A DNA stretch of 64,000 bases from assembly GCA_001938485.1 (NCBI GenBank), contig MQRK01255104.1, forward strand, positions 1-64,000, in the 5' to 3' direction. Origin of the DNA: Girardia tigrina (lineage: Eukaryota). This document shows, piece after piece, positions 38,101 to 53,100 of the stretch. A model generated the notes under the pieces. The model did no database searches and had not been told where the DNA came from. It saw only the letters and a list, made by a program, of their open reading frames with translations. Both the position numbers and the translations under genes were made by a program. How positions within the stretch are numbered: position 1 is the stretch's first letter; each line of letters opens with the position of its first letter.

Positions 38101-41100
38101 TTGGAAGACGTATTTAAGTTTAATTGACTGTGGACCATCAAAATACGCAATTCAGAGGGAAATTTAACTGATGTAAAAGTATAAGCGTAACAAACGTAAA
38201 GAGGCTGTAGTTAAAAATGATGTTAAAGGTAAAGGAATAAAATATTCGGATTATCTACTGGTCTGGACTAAACCGATAATTACAAGCTGCATCCAACAAT
38301 GGTTAAAAGGTATAGTTATGATCAAACTCAATTACTGCAAATATTTAGTTGACTATAGTGGGTCACGATTTCCAAGACATGTCAGGGATTTACGAACAAA
38401 AAGAATTGAACCAGACTAACAGACGATTAAACCGAATCATGATAAATCGATGAACCGGCAAATCATAAATAAGACACACATTCGTAGAAAACCATAGTAT
38501 TTAGAAGACTGCGTCCAATATGTAGATTCTACAAGATGAATCTGATGAGGATGTTGTAATATATTAAAATATTTTTTTAAACAAATATTTGTTTAATATT
38601 AAAATGTTTTTAATAACTACTATTTTTTTGAATATTGTTATGCATAGAAATGTATTATAAATCAAGTCTAATTATTTCAATTTACTCTGATATTACCGAG
38701 CATTCACTTTTATCAATAGATATTTTGTTGCTTTTTTTAATCGAGGATAAATAAAGAAAAATATAGAAATATTAGCTCTGCATAATTTTAACTAAACTTC
38801 GATTACAAATAAACGATAAAATAAAATCGAATTTTTTAGAGATTGGATAAATAATTGGATGTGTCATTAGTCAAATTCCCTAATCCATTACTATCAAATT
38901 GTATTTCTATTTTCTATTTTTCCAAAGAGCAATAATTACTTATTGAAATATCCAAAATGGTCATAAATATCATTATCCTCATAAACATATAATAATTGAT
39001 TCATATTTACAAACATGTATTCAAAGCTTGAGTCTCCTCTTTTTTAATAATTTCTCCTTTTTTCTCTTTAGTTTTACCGCGATTCTTATACGTTCAAGAT
39101 TCGAAGAAAATATTATTTATATATTAATTTTGTATTACACCCTTCTATTTATTTTCAACTGGTCAGTTTCAGAAGAAACATTTTTTTAATTTATTGCTTT
39201 CACAAATTATTCACATTTCTTAAGTGTTATTGAATTGAAGAGAAAAAATGTTAATTATCATTTTTATATAATAAGTTAATCTTTAATCATTTTTTGGTTG
39301 TTTTATGATTTGCATTTGATAATATAAATGTGATATGAACAACATATCGCAAATATTATAAATGAATTCAACTTATAAAATGAGTCTTGCATAAATTTCT
39401 GAATTAGTACGTCAAAAGCAATTTAGCAATAAATTATACAAACAGAAAACTTTTGAACGTAAACAAAAACACAGTAAGAACATTTGGAAACACTAATTAT
39501 CATTATAGCAAAAAATCGTTATCTTTGTTACTACTGTTTGAATTTTAGATCTCAAATAGTGCATCATCTTCGACGCCATCAAGGGCATTGCTATTGTCAC
39601 ACTTCTTAAACGACTGCACTATGGATTCCGTTTTATGGAATTCCAAGATGTACTTATCCACTCACTTATTTGAGACCTATGATGACCCGCATCTTTTTTC
39701 ACGTTTACGCATCCACTTTCGCTAATGTTTACGTATGTCTTCTTAAATTGTTTATTCAGACACACCGAAGAGCTACAATGACAGTGAATTGATTTTTCAG
39801 TCAATCTACCATTTTCATAATGACTGTAGTCGATATAGAACTCTAAGGGGTCTACGTAACGCGAAAAAAATTTGTTGTTGTTTTTCTTTGGGTGTTGTTT
39901 TTCTTAGCAGGGGTCTACCCATAACCGAAAATCATGGCAAGGGGTCTACGAGTGAAAAAAGTTTGGGAACCTTTGCTATAAACTATTCCTAAAGCAGGAG
40001 AGAGGGTTTTCTTAAAATTTGTTATTAAAATTTGCCTTGAAGATGTGGAAAATGGAAATGCTAAAAGCAAACTGCGTCTGTGATTAAAAAAAATATTTAT
40101 TTATAATAGAAATCTTAAATAGAATTTTTACGTTCATTTAATATGCTTCGTTAATATTCTAGGTTAGTCAAATTATCAAAATCAAAATATTTATTATTTC
40201 CATCCAATATTTAAAGAATTTGGTTTAATATTAATTATGATTTAAAGTTTGCACCTACTATAACTTCAGGTAGAAATATATAAGTAAATTGAAAATTTTT
40301 GTTTATTTATAATAAGGGAGATTTAAGTAGGAATTTATTACAAAGCTATACCTTGGAAAGTTTTTTCAAACCTGAATTCAGAAAGATTTAAAATAAATGT
40401 ATAATTTTTAATTGTTCACTGTAAAATACTGAAGCTTTCATAAAACTAAACATTATTTATTAGGTTAATCTCAAAATTAAAAATTCTGATTTTCGCAGTA
40501 AAAAACTGATCTATAAATGAGAAAATGCGCTGTACATCACTCACTGCCGTGAATACTGATCTATATTTTTATCTATAATTTTCTTCCAACAATTATTTTC
40601 TTTTTATTCATACTTTTAAATTAAATTCATTTGCAAATCAAATTTTCGACAAATTATGTGAAAAAAATGTCATTTTATTGATTTTTCGGTGTTTAAAATA
40701 TTTTTAATGAAAGTATTTGTCGGCTTTGATTTATATTTATTTAATTTATTTTCTTTTTAATTGTAGAATAAATATTTGCCATTTTAAAATAAAACGAAAG
40801 ATCGAAAAATTTCCTTTGAAAAAATAATTGTATGAGTTTTTTTTCAAAAATTAACTTAAATTCGATTTTAAAATTCTGTTTAGTAATTTTCTTTAATCAA
40901 ATTCAGCTACCCTTCGTTACTCATTGCAGTTTTGGTGTGAAATTCAAGCAGCTTTTGTTAAAGGTTTAATTAAGATGTCATTTAAGATATATTTGATGTT
41001 GGTGAAAATGAACTTGTGCTTGTTTATATAAGATTTTTTATATACTAAAATTTTGATTCTATAAAACTGGTTTATGAGGGGTGTTTCAAAAGTTCACGGG

Positions 41101-44100
41101 CTGAGAGAATATGGCTTGGTCACGTGTTTGCGTGACTGTAACGCGCGGTGTGTGTACGATGACATGAGGGGGAACCAACCGATTGTAATTGAGGTGAACT
41201 CTCATTGGCTGCCCGTAGGCATGTATGTGACATACGAATGTATAAATTTGTCATTTTTCTTTCTTGTAGTTAGTATGGAAGAGGCAGTGAAATCTCAACG
41301 AGCAATCATCTATTTCCTCTGGAAGGAAGACACCCCTACTGCAGATATTGTGTACCGTTTACACTGCGTCTTTGGTGATGCCGCTATTGGAAGAATGGCT
41401 GTCTTTAAGTGGGTGCAACGATTCTAGACAGGGCGTCAATCATTGGAGGATGATGAATGCAGTGGGCGACCAACAACGTCCGGATGTCAATAAAATGTGA
41501 AAGTTATCGAGGAAGTCATTCTTGGTGACAGATGTCTCACTATCCGTGAGATAGCAGCTGTTACAGGCGTTTCTAAAAGTCCCGTCTTTTTGTGTGACCA
41601 AGGAGCTGTCCCGTCAATGGTAGCGCCCAGGTGACAGACCCCCTTTTAAAGCCGTGAAGGTAATGGTTACAGTCTTTTGGGACTGTGATGGGATAATTCA
41701 CATTGATTACCTGCCAAATGGGGTCACCATCAACAGCTCATACTACACGAACCTGCTCGACAAAGATATGCACAAAGCTCTCAAGAACAAACGGCGGGGA
41801 AAGTTGTCATCCATCCCATTATTGCAATAGGACAACGCACGTCCCCATACAGCGAAGTTGACTGTCAGTACTGTGCAACGATTGGGCTGGACACTTTTGA
41901 CTCACCCCCATATTCACCGGATCTCGCGCCGAGTGATTATCACCTTTTCTCGGCATTGCAGAAACCCCTTCGAGGACATCATTTCGCGAATTTGGATGAA
42001 ATGAAAACTGCAGTCAGTACGTGGATTGCGGAGACACCGCGTATTTTCTTCGATAATGGTATTAGGAAGTTGACACAGAGATGGGAAAGTGTGTGAAACT
42101 GAATGGTGATTATATTGAAAAGTTCGATAGCGATTCTGATGGGGATTGATCAATTTTGTTAACTGGAATAAACTTTTTGAATTTGTTGTTACTTATCAGT
42201 CCGCGAACTTTTGGGACACCTCTCGTATATACAATATTAAGAAATTAAGAATACTATCGAAAATCTTCTGTACTTTGTCTTTGTAAAGGAAACCAAAAGT
42301 TACAAATGTTTTCAATTAAATTCCAGTACGCCTAACTAACATATGGCTGAACATATGCAGATAGACATAAATTAAAAACGATTTTACATTTATGTTTATG
42401 TTCCGTATCAAATAATTGCTTAATTTATTTAAATTTGTAAGATTAGAAATTAAATTTTTTGAACAATGATTTGTCAGAAACTCAAAAAATGAGCACCGCA
42501 ACAAAACATTATGTTTCAGAATAACACATAACAAAACACACTGTTTAAGAAATTCGTTTAGCAAATAATACAAGAATACATTAAATCTTATACAACAAAA
42601 CATTGAATGGATTTAGAATATTACATGAGAAAGAAATATGAAAAGATTGATATTATAAAAAAATATAAATTGTGTAAAATTTTGTCACGTAAACGGAAGA
42701 AATCCAATTATCTAGAAAACACGTTGATTTTGAGCAATATTTATTCTCGTAATTCTTACCTTGATTTGACAAGTTATTTAAATGTTTGAGAGTTTTCCCG
42801 AACACAGGTTGCATGTCTATTTCTAATTAGATTAGTACTCCGAGAATCAGATGGATTCGAGGAATTCGTGATCAAATATTTATTAATTCCTTTTTCATTC
42901 CTTGTTTCATTCATGAAATCTGCGAATTACGAGCAGTTTAGTGTGAAGCTTCGCTGATCCTATTCGAGAAAAATAGAATTAAACATTTTGTTCGAGATAT
43001 AATTTTTAGGATCTTTTTTATCTTTTCTAAATATCAAAATAATTTTAATTTTTTTTCAAATATATCTGGATTTTTTTAATTGACATAAATTAATATTTTT
43101 TGTCTGGATTTTAATAATATCATTCATTTGAAAGCAGGTAAATATAAAATTGATTAAAAAAACAGAAAAAAGTTTTTTTAATTATCAAGAATTCTTATAT
43201 TTTTTTGAGAGAGGATTTTTTGATAGACAACCTGGAAGATGAGGAAAATAAGCTATGGATTGGTGGACATTTTTTTTAGTGTGATTTATATATTATTCAA
43301 GGGACTGTTTATGTTCAGTCATTTGGAGAAATTCAACATTCACAAATATATTAGGGTGAACCAAAAGTCTTTTCGTATTTTTTATTAAAAGTTTAAACAT
43401 AATTTTACAACAAATAAAAAACATTTAAGTTTCAAAGTAAAGGTCATTTGAATCTATAGCTTGAACCCATCTATGGGCGAGTTGTGCGATCCCGCTGCGG
43501 TACCAATCCTTGTTCTTAGAAGCGAAGAACTGCTGATACCCGTTTTCGACCTCGGCCAGATTATTGAAGCTGCGACCACGAAGAAAGTGTGCCATAGAGC
43601 GGAAAAGGTGATAGTTGGATGGCGCAAGATCCGGACTATACGCTGGGTGTGGAATAAGTTGAAAGGCGTCGAGATTTTTGATTTTTTTCCTTTGTTTGTT
43701 TGGCGGTGTGCGGTTTTGCATTGTCCTGTTGTAGAAGAACTCGCTTTCGATTGATCAAAGCGGGTTATTTCTCGCCAAGTGCTGCATATATTTGATCAAG
43801 TTGGGCGCAGTAAAGGTCAGCGTCGATGGTATGACCATTTAGAACCAGCTCGAAGTGAATCACGCCTTCAGAATTCAACCAAGCACACAAAAGTGCCTTC
43901 CTTAAGAAACGATCTCGTTTCGCTACCGGTTTCGCCATTTGTCTGGGGTCCAACCATTGATTTTGTTGGTCTGGATTACTGAAGTAAACCCACTTTTCAT
44001 CGCAAGATACAATTCGACGGATGAAACGGTCATCGCGCAGATTTTCAAGCAATTTTTGACAAGTTTCGAAACGCTTTTCGGCTTGAATTTATGTCAATTC

Positions 44101-47100
44101 ACGAAGCACTTCTCGACATCGTCTATTGACCTTGCCAAGAGCGTGAAGGTGTCGTACAATGAATGTTTGAGGAATATCGAGTTCGGCCGACAATCTGCGA
44201 GTACTTATTGACGGATTTGTCTCGACGACTTCACGAATTACTCCGGAATCTACAGTGATAGGTCGGCCTGAACGTGCATTGTCTCTGAGGTCAATGTCGC
44301 CTTCGTTGAACCTTTTGAACCAATTTTGTGCAGTACGATTTGAGACCACATTATCGCATATCTTCTTTGTTGCTGCAGTTGCGTTTAAGCCCTATTTCCA
44401 GTAATGGCGTAAAAGAACACGAATTTCAAAATTTTCCATGATTTTTCTAAAAGACCATAAAAATTATATTAACGACTAATTAGAAGTTTTAATATATATT
44501 GTGATAGAGCAGTCCAAGAGCTTTAAAAACATATAACACATGTATATAAAATATCTTTATTAGGTAATAAGAAACAATTGAACAAAAAGATGTAGAAAAT
44601 ACGAAAAGACTTTTGGTTCACCCTAATATTTATAGGTTATATATTCTCGTACATGAATCTAAACTACGGTGCGATTTATGTAATATGGAATTAAAATTAT
44701 TTACTTTTGATTCTGCCGATATTTTATAAATTATATTCGTTTATTTGACGGAATATTTAATTTCGCTATCATTCGTGGATATATGCTATTTGGCTTAATA
44801 AAGTATTATTATATGTTGTGCAAATGATTTCTCTAAATGTTCTAAAAATATTTATTTATCTTCATACCGTTAATAATCGATTTAAACGATATTCCTCAAA
44901 TAATTGAATGAGTATAATTCATTTTCAGTGCTGAAAAGAAGGCAGATAATCCGGTCAAAAACATGGGCAACCAAGTAATTCTTATTCGATTTCAGATTGT
45001 CGGTTTTATTCTGATATCTTAACTCAATATTTATATTGCGATTTGGGTTTTTTTCTGAAATTTAATTGTTCTTATCGGTTGATAAAGGTTGATTAATTAT
45101 TAGATTATTCGAAAAGGTTGGTTATCTCTTGCATCTGGCTCGTCACTTACTAAAAAACAGGAATTTTGGTTTGTTTTAAAAGCAGAATCTTTAACTTGGT
45201 ATAAAGACGAAAAAGTAATATTATAATTTGATAAACAAATATAAGCTCTTGATCAGGAAACTGAAGTGAAGTATATGAGAACACTAGAGAATCTCAGATT
45301 AAAAGATTCAGACAATCGTAGCATGTTTGGTCCGAAATTCCAAATATCTCTTTTCAACAGAGACTCCAAAGTAAATGTTTATAAAGATCATAAAACCCTC
45401 GAATTGGCCACTCCTGATAAAGGAAATATGGATTCATGGAAAGCTGCATTTTTACGGGCAGGAGTTTATCCGGAAAGTAATGAAGAAGATGTAACATTGA
45501 AAACTTTAAATTTTCTTTTGACAATTTCTTCATTTAAATAAGGGCGAGGAAAATTTAGAACCAAAAGATTCAATGCTAGAAAGACAAGTGGAAATAGTGA
45601 GGAACTTAGTTCATTCGTATATACAGATAATCAGACGGGAACATTGTGACTACCTCCCTAAAGCCATTACTCATTGCTTAATATCCAAGGTTTATACATT
45701 TTGTATTAATATAAATTCTTTTTATTCTATTTTGGATTAAATAATTTGTTTTTTTTAGTATTTTTTGTCTGATTTTATTAAAAAGACTGAAGATACAACT
45801 TTGATAGTGTGATGGAAATAAACAATCATTCATTCACCTTGTTCAAAGAAAAATACTTCTTTTGTTTTAGTTTTTATTTCATTTATTTTAGATTTCTCAT
45901 TGCAATTAAAGAATTAGATTTAATTAATTTCTTTCATTATTTTCTTTCAAAATTGGCATTTCAAATATTCCTCATTGCATTTCAAGTAAATGATTTATAA
46001 TGTGTTGATGTAATCTCTGAATAGCAAAAATTATAGTACGGATTAATATATCAAGTTCTGGTCATCCTGTTCTACTGAAAAAATGTGAAGCAAAATCTTT
46101 GATCTTCTGCATTCGATATACCAGCACGTTTTATGATCGCTGACAACATTGGAATATTGTGTGAAAGAATTAAAGTTGTATGCTTCTCTGCCATTGATGA
46201 AGAAGGCAAAGACCTCCCGAAAGCAATGTTGAATTCTGTAGGCAAAACATTGCAGAAAAGCGTTGAATGAACCATAATTATTTTCTATTGCTCTCTTTAA
46301 GGACATGGTACTCCATCTCCTGACAAGATACATTATAAAGTTTAATTTAATTCACCTGATAATTTCTGTTTTTAAAATTTTTTAGTCAAACAAGTAATTA
46401 TAAATACTTAATCCCTTTACCGTGTGTCACGAGTTAACTCGTCATATGAAATCTTGGACTTAACCGTACATCACGAGTTAACTCGTCTTCAGATATATAA
46501 AAGTCGTCTGTGTGCCGTGCGTCCCGAGTTAACTCGTCCTGATACAAAAAAAGCATTGGAAATCAATAACAATGTAGAGAGGGAGGCTAAACTAACAGCC
46601 AATTCAACACAGTTTCCAAAAAAATTTTTTTCCACGGTAAAGGAGTTAATATGAAATTTGGAATTCAATGCTAAATTCTATCTCTTATTTAAAATAATCC
46701 AGTAATGTAATCGGTATGAATTCGCCACAATCAAAGATGTTAGACAAGACAATGTCATGTACTCCTTTCTCTCCAATTCTGTATTTGATAATACAACTTA
46801 GAAGGACCTGTCGTCTAAAATCATTTTCTTAAAACTACCTTTCTATGAATTTGCACAAAACAATAAGGGTCATGATGGTGATAATACTAAATTTTCTCTG
46901 TCCAAAAAGTTTTCTTTGATTATTATTATCCGTTCAATTTTTTATTGTGATTATTTAGTTTATAATGTGAATAAATTTGCAATGCACGAGTAACTGTTTT
47001 CATTTGGAGAAGTTAAAAAATCTTTCTCTTTAAGATATCATCATTAAACATTGTGATTGTTCTCAATTTATTTAGATTGTTCTCTACTTTATGTTTTCTC

Positions 47101-50100
47101 TGACAGATAATTGCAAGTTTTTAATTTTTAGCGCAATTTCCATACTGACAATTGCGATTATTAATTGGTTATTTCTGTGTGGATGGATGGATGTGTGTCC
47201 GCAGCTTTAAGTCGTATCTCCTCCTCAACGAAGCAATATNNNNNNNNNNNNNNNNNNNNNNNNNNNNNNNNNNNNNNNNNNNNNNNNNNNNNNNNNNNNN
47301 NNNNNNNNNNNNNNNNNNNNNNNNNNNNNNNNNNNNNNNNNNNNNNNNNNNNNNNNNNNNNNNNNNNNNNNNNNNNNNNNNNNNNNNNNNNNNNNNNNNN
47401 NNNNGGTCACAAAAAATTAATCATAGTCAAATACTGATATAAACGTTTTAATATTTGGGCACCGAATAACATAAGGAAATTGCGCTTAAATTGTCACTAG
47501 ACTTTTTATTAACTTGTTTTCTTCATATAGATTATGTGTTAGGTCTAAGGGATTAATTTTGTTGATTACTGACTTGAATTATTAGAATGAATTTATTGGG
47601 TAAATGTATAAATGCAGGTCACTTTTCTGGAAGTATTTGAAGAAACATAAATTTGTACAGTAATGGTTTTTGGCGTACGGGATTTGTAATTATATGGTAT
47701 CCTGAGTTCCTTATTTATCTGACTGTATTTTACAATCTTCTTGTTGTATTCTCCTGTTACTAATTCATAATCAGTTTGACCTTATAAATTTCTCTTTTGG
47801 TCAAATTCCATTGATTAGTTGTCAGAAAATGTCAAACCCGCATCTTTTCAAACAAAAAAATTTAAATATCGGTTTTTAACATAATTTATTAGAAATGTAT
47901 AATAAAATTCTGCCATAAGAAATTTAATCGTTTATCGACTTTATTTTTTCCTATTATGACTAGCATATAATTTTGTTTACAGAAATAAGTAGCAGAAACA
48001 ATAGTTTATGAAGTTTAGATGGATAGATTAAGAAATAATGCGTGTGTATTGTTTGTGGAGCTTTTCAAAAATATTCCTTATGTGATGGCTAAAAAATATC
48101 AATTAATACGCTATAAATATTTATCAATTTAATTATCAAGCTGTATTTTCAAGAAAAATATATTTTCCAGTTTCTATATCAAATATTGTCTGAATATCGC
48201 TATTGGGATTTAAATTTGTTAATTAATTTAATTTTACCCAAAGATTGTCTTCAGGTAAACAACAAAATTTTACTCAGAAGGCTTTGAGGCGTAGCCAGGT
48301 ATATATGTTTGAAAGTTGCCCCCAAGTTTTCTCTTCGTTCTTTTCGAATCGTTTTTGTACAAAATAAAAAAGTGTCACACTTTGAACTCTATCTGAAGTC
48401 ATTATAGTAATATTCATAAAAATCTATTTTTTCGATTTTTTCGCATAGTAAATTTGAAATTTAATAATTGCTGATTTTTTTCCATATACGTTTGAGTAAA
48501 ACTCCTCAAGATTTTATTATGATTCTCATATCGAAAGCTGATTTTTATAAAAAAAAAACTAGATTCATTCTTGTACTTTCTGTATTTTTTATATATTTCT
48601 TTTATATATGGATATATACAATTGGATGGGTGGGTTTCTAAAACTGGAAACCCCTGTAAAATAAAAAATGATTATTTGTAACGATATTTATGATTTTCGA
48701 TATGTAACTTATTACAAAGAGATTTGAGTAAAAATTGATTATTAAATCTGTATATTTTTGGTTAATTTTCTGAGCATTGACGAATCCTAATTATATATCT
48801 TAATAATTCTCTTGAAAAACATTATGGAATTTACCATCTTATTTGTTTTAGGTTAGGGAATTCTTAAACAATGAATTGATATCTATTTTGTTGACAGAAG
48901 AAAATGTGGTAAGAAGTTTTCTTCATTGATTATTCAATAAGTAAAATGTTTTATTTACTTTATATTATTTATAAATTGACATTATTTGACGTTATATATT
49001 TGAGTGTAACAAATTGTGTTATGCTAATAATGCTACTATATCTAAATAAGTTGAGAAATTCTATACAAATATTTTATTATTGTTTTTTATATGGCTAATA
49101 ATATTCGTTTTCCTAGCTTATATAGGGTGATGGAATGATATGTATTTGTAACAAAACTTACACTTGCTAATAATCTTACTGTAGCAATCCATTATTCCCA
49201 TTTACAATTACTTTACTCTACATCAGGAATACACCTTATGCTGTGCTAAATATTGTAGCAAAAAAGAATAATTTTACATTTGGAGGAATATTTTGAATGT
49301 TTTGCGTTTGAATGTGTATGTTGATTCGGAATTGTGTCGCTCGTACCCAGATGGCCAATTAATATTTTAATTCTTATTATCTGAAAATATGTAATGTTTA
49401 AATTTATTTCTCATTTAAAATAATTGTAAAATTTTAAATAAATTGATTAATTTTATTTACAATTTTAAATAAATAAATTGAAGTAATATTTTTAAAATAA
49501 TTAATAATTTAAATTTTAACCAATAAAATTTTGAATAAATATTTTAACAATTTTTTTTTAATTCTCCATTTGTTAAAAATAATGAGAATAAAGTCAATAA
49601 TCAATTTAGTTAGAATGTACTCATACGAAAGCTTTGACAAAGATTGTCTTGAGGACAATCAAACTTGCTGTGTTAATAAAAATATGAAAAGTCAAATTTG
49701 CGTTCTTAATATACATCAAATATTTAAATAATGTTGTATATGATTTTGATTGAGTTGCGCAATTCGATAACATAAACCTCTTTTAATCAAAGGAATTTGG
49801 CCAATGTTTATTTTAAAATTCTGCAAATATTTACTCTGATTTATAAAATTCTTTAATCATTCGGACAAAAAAGTCAATATTTTGAAATCTAAAACTAGAC
49901 TGTTCTTCCCGGATCCATTATTTCAGTTTGCCAAAACAAGATTTATAATTGTTTTGTTCCATTTAAATTGTGTGTTGTAAATCTTTGGTAATTGTTTCTG
50001 CTTATTGAAACCAATTTTTTGAAAAATTGGCAGTTTGACATTTGAAAATTTTAGTAATCATATTTATTTTTTTCGTTTCTATAAGTGTTGTGGAAATATC

Positions 50101-53100
50101 AGATTTAAGACATTTTTATTTTATAAGCTTGAACAAGAATATTCAAAAAGAACATATTAAATTAATATATTAATATTTTAAATTACATTAAAAAATAATA
50201 CATTAAAAAATTATTTAAAATCTTTTTACTTTAAAATTAAATTAAATTATGTTTAATTAGTAGTAATCAAAGAAAATATCAATCATCCATCTGTGCAGGA
50301 GAGGCACAATCCGAATCAACATACAACATGCACAATACAATTCAAAACATTCCTCACATTCATCATTGGCAAGCTTAAATATGTCAAGGATCACACATGA
50401 TATATTTTATCAATCCATTGTAACCTTTATTATCCATGAGAATGGTAAAAATGTTTTCATATTTTTTACATAAAAATTTTCAGATTCTTATTAGAAAAAT
50501 ATGAACGAAAACAAACATACTTATAAAGATAATTCACAAAAAATAATTTAAAAAAAAGTTAAAAAAAAACTTGACTAAGTCCATTTTTTAGATACTTTGT
50601 TATCAATATCTGGTTTGATAAAAGAAGTGAAAAAAATGAGATCATTAACAAGATTCCGCCAAATATATTTGTTCTAGTTGTATTTTATTGCACTTAATGT
50701 GAGCAAAATATTATACGTAAACATGATTTAACAAATAAAAGTAGACTTTCTAATTAGCGCTTGTTTGTCAGATTTTCGACATAGACTTTTGGATAATTTT
50801 TCATGACCGTGTATATTGACTGCTCATTAAAACATTAGTTAAGTCTTTTCCCTTTAACCCATTTATGCATCACACTGAATCAATCACCATTAATTTTGAA
50901 TCATCCATTTAATATTTAAGATTGTAAAAGTTGATTTCAAAAATTTACTTATTTAAGCAAAGATCTAAAAATAATATTTAAAAAAATCAATTTTTCACAT
51001 GACCTTTTGAAAAGTATTTGAAACTTTTCTACATTTTTACAATACATGTATTCCATCATGTATTCTTCCTTTTTCTTTTTTTGCTTCTGCATTTGTTAAT
51101 ACCCTTTCTTTATTTCTGAACTCTTAATCATACTGTTTTCTTGGTAAAACTTTTGACATCCTGAAGGGCTCAATCTAAAGACGAATTTAAGCTTTACTTC
51201 TCCCTGTTGTTTTTGTAAAAAGGTTAATTCTAAGCGAACTCAATTTCTGAAAAGATTTCAGCTGAATATTTTCATTTTCTATCGTAAAATGTTGCGTTAA
51301 TCACGTTCCTTGTACGAGACCATAATTTTATCAGTCAGTTACAATTGTGATAGGGTGGATTTGAAATGTAATTCTGCATTTAAGCTCATCGCTATTCGTT
51401 TCCCTCTTTCGAATTAAATACCTATTATCCATGGATTTTGTAAACATGATTTCCAGTTATTTATTATAGACTTCTGAACTATTGTTTTATCCTGTTTCGA
51501 TGTTGTCATGAGTGACATGTATTTAGTGAACTGGTTAGTTATGTCGATGATGAACCTCTTCTTTTTTTCATTTTATCTTTTCATTCTATTTTCTTTCCAT
51601 GTATCGTGTATACAAAATATCTTCAAATTTATTATTTGATTGTAGATTCACAGTATTTTTTTGTTCTAGTAGTCACCATTTTGAATGTTGGACACGGAAC
51701 GTATCTGCAGGTGTATATTCTTTGCAAAAGCTATTTTTCATATAATGTACTGCGTGGGACAAATACCTGTATCTCTTAAGTCTTTACTATTTCGTCGTCA
51801 AACGCCAATATTTTTATTTTCTGCATAAGTGCGACTACCTTTCTTTTTCATAAAAATCAATTTTCTGGTTGTTAGCTCTATGTTTTTGTACCTTCGTATT
51901 GCGTTTAGCATTATATACATGTTTCGTAGGTAGTTTATCAATGTTTAAATGTGCTAAACATGTTTTGGTGTTCACTTCTCATAGCTAGGCTACTGAGATA
52001 ATTGATCTAAGTTTGACTTAACGTGCAATATAATGATACAAAAATACTGAACTAAATTTATATTATAATTAAATGATAGTCAAGATTGGAAAACTTGAAA
52101 TATTTAAATGACAGGAATGGAAAAAAATTATCAAACTTAAAGAATTTTTAAAATCATGATTTTTCATTTGGTAATAAATTAGAGTAAAATTAATTTTTAT
52201 ACCATCATGAAAACTTGTTTCTTTAAACTTTAGAAAAAAGAACTAACAAATGATTATTATCATAACAATCAAGAAAAAATAATTAAACATGTTGGAAAGA
52301 AGAATGTATTTAAACCGTCGAATTATTTTCTACAAAACATATCGATAACACTAAAAAACTATTTTCTAGTGAAAATGATATATGTAAATCATTGAATTAA
52401 TAATAATGAGTAAGTAGGTGTTTCCAGATTTTATTTTTCCTTTCAATGTAAAATTTGTAGTTTATATATTTTTTTGTATTATTATTCCTTGATTATGGTA
52501 CTCTTCGGAAAATCGACATTTCTTGATCTAGAAATAAAAATCTCTTTGTCAGTTCCAAAAGGTCAGATTCACGCGAGTACTGCATTTTAACTGTCAGGTA
52601 TAACATGCTGTCTAAGATAGGCTTTTAATTATATTAGTCAGTCATAAGGAAAGTAATTATTAAAAATTTTATTCTTAAGATCATTTTTATTTAAATTAAG
52701 TTTTAATATATTAACTAAAACGATAATTGTATTCTGTTCCAAGTTTTTATTTGTAAACAAGCTATGGTTATATATATTAAACAATATACATATCAATTGT
52801 ATAGGATCATTTAATGGAAGAATCTATGGAAGTAATTCAACACAGAGAAGATCTATTTAGAGTTTATGAAGCATTGAAACAAGGTTTAAAAATAATTAGT
52901 AACGTAACGTCTTTAACTGTCAGTGAACCAACCCCGCCACCGGTTGTTGATGATTGGCCTAAATCGGTATAATAATTACCGTTATTGGTTTTTATTAAAG
53001 TCTGGTCGTTTTAATTAGAATGGATTTACTGAAACGAGGGTTAATCCACATCCTCGACGAGTTAGTGCGAATCCTCCCAATGTTTTCAGCCGACCCGCAC

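Larger units (their letters stand above)
35070..38560 (+). mobile_element. Old degenerate Gypsy internal region (protease, RT, RNase H, integrase relics)
   Basis: [17 protein letters not shown] (protease), [12 protein letters not shown] and [14 protein letters not shown] (RT), LWCDVS...[11 protein letters not shown] (RNase H), [14 protein letters not shown] (integrase); many stops; boundaries approximate. Confidence 0.65.

Noticed and set aside
46043-46333. Coding-looking stretch in dynamin intron 12
   Set aside because: No family recognised in any frame; not needed for the dynamin reading frame.
51100-52000. Possible Gypsy integrase relic on the minus strand (similar hints at ~47.6 kb and ~62.2-62.9 kb)
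   Set aside because: Only faint motif remnants with many stops; boundaries cannot be supported.
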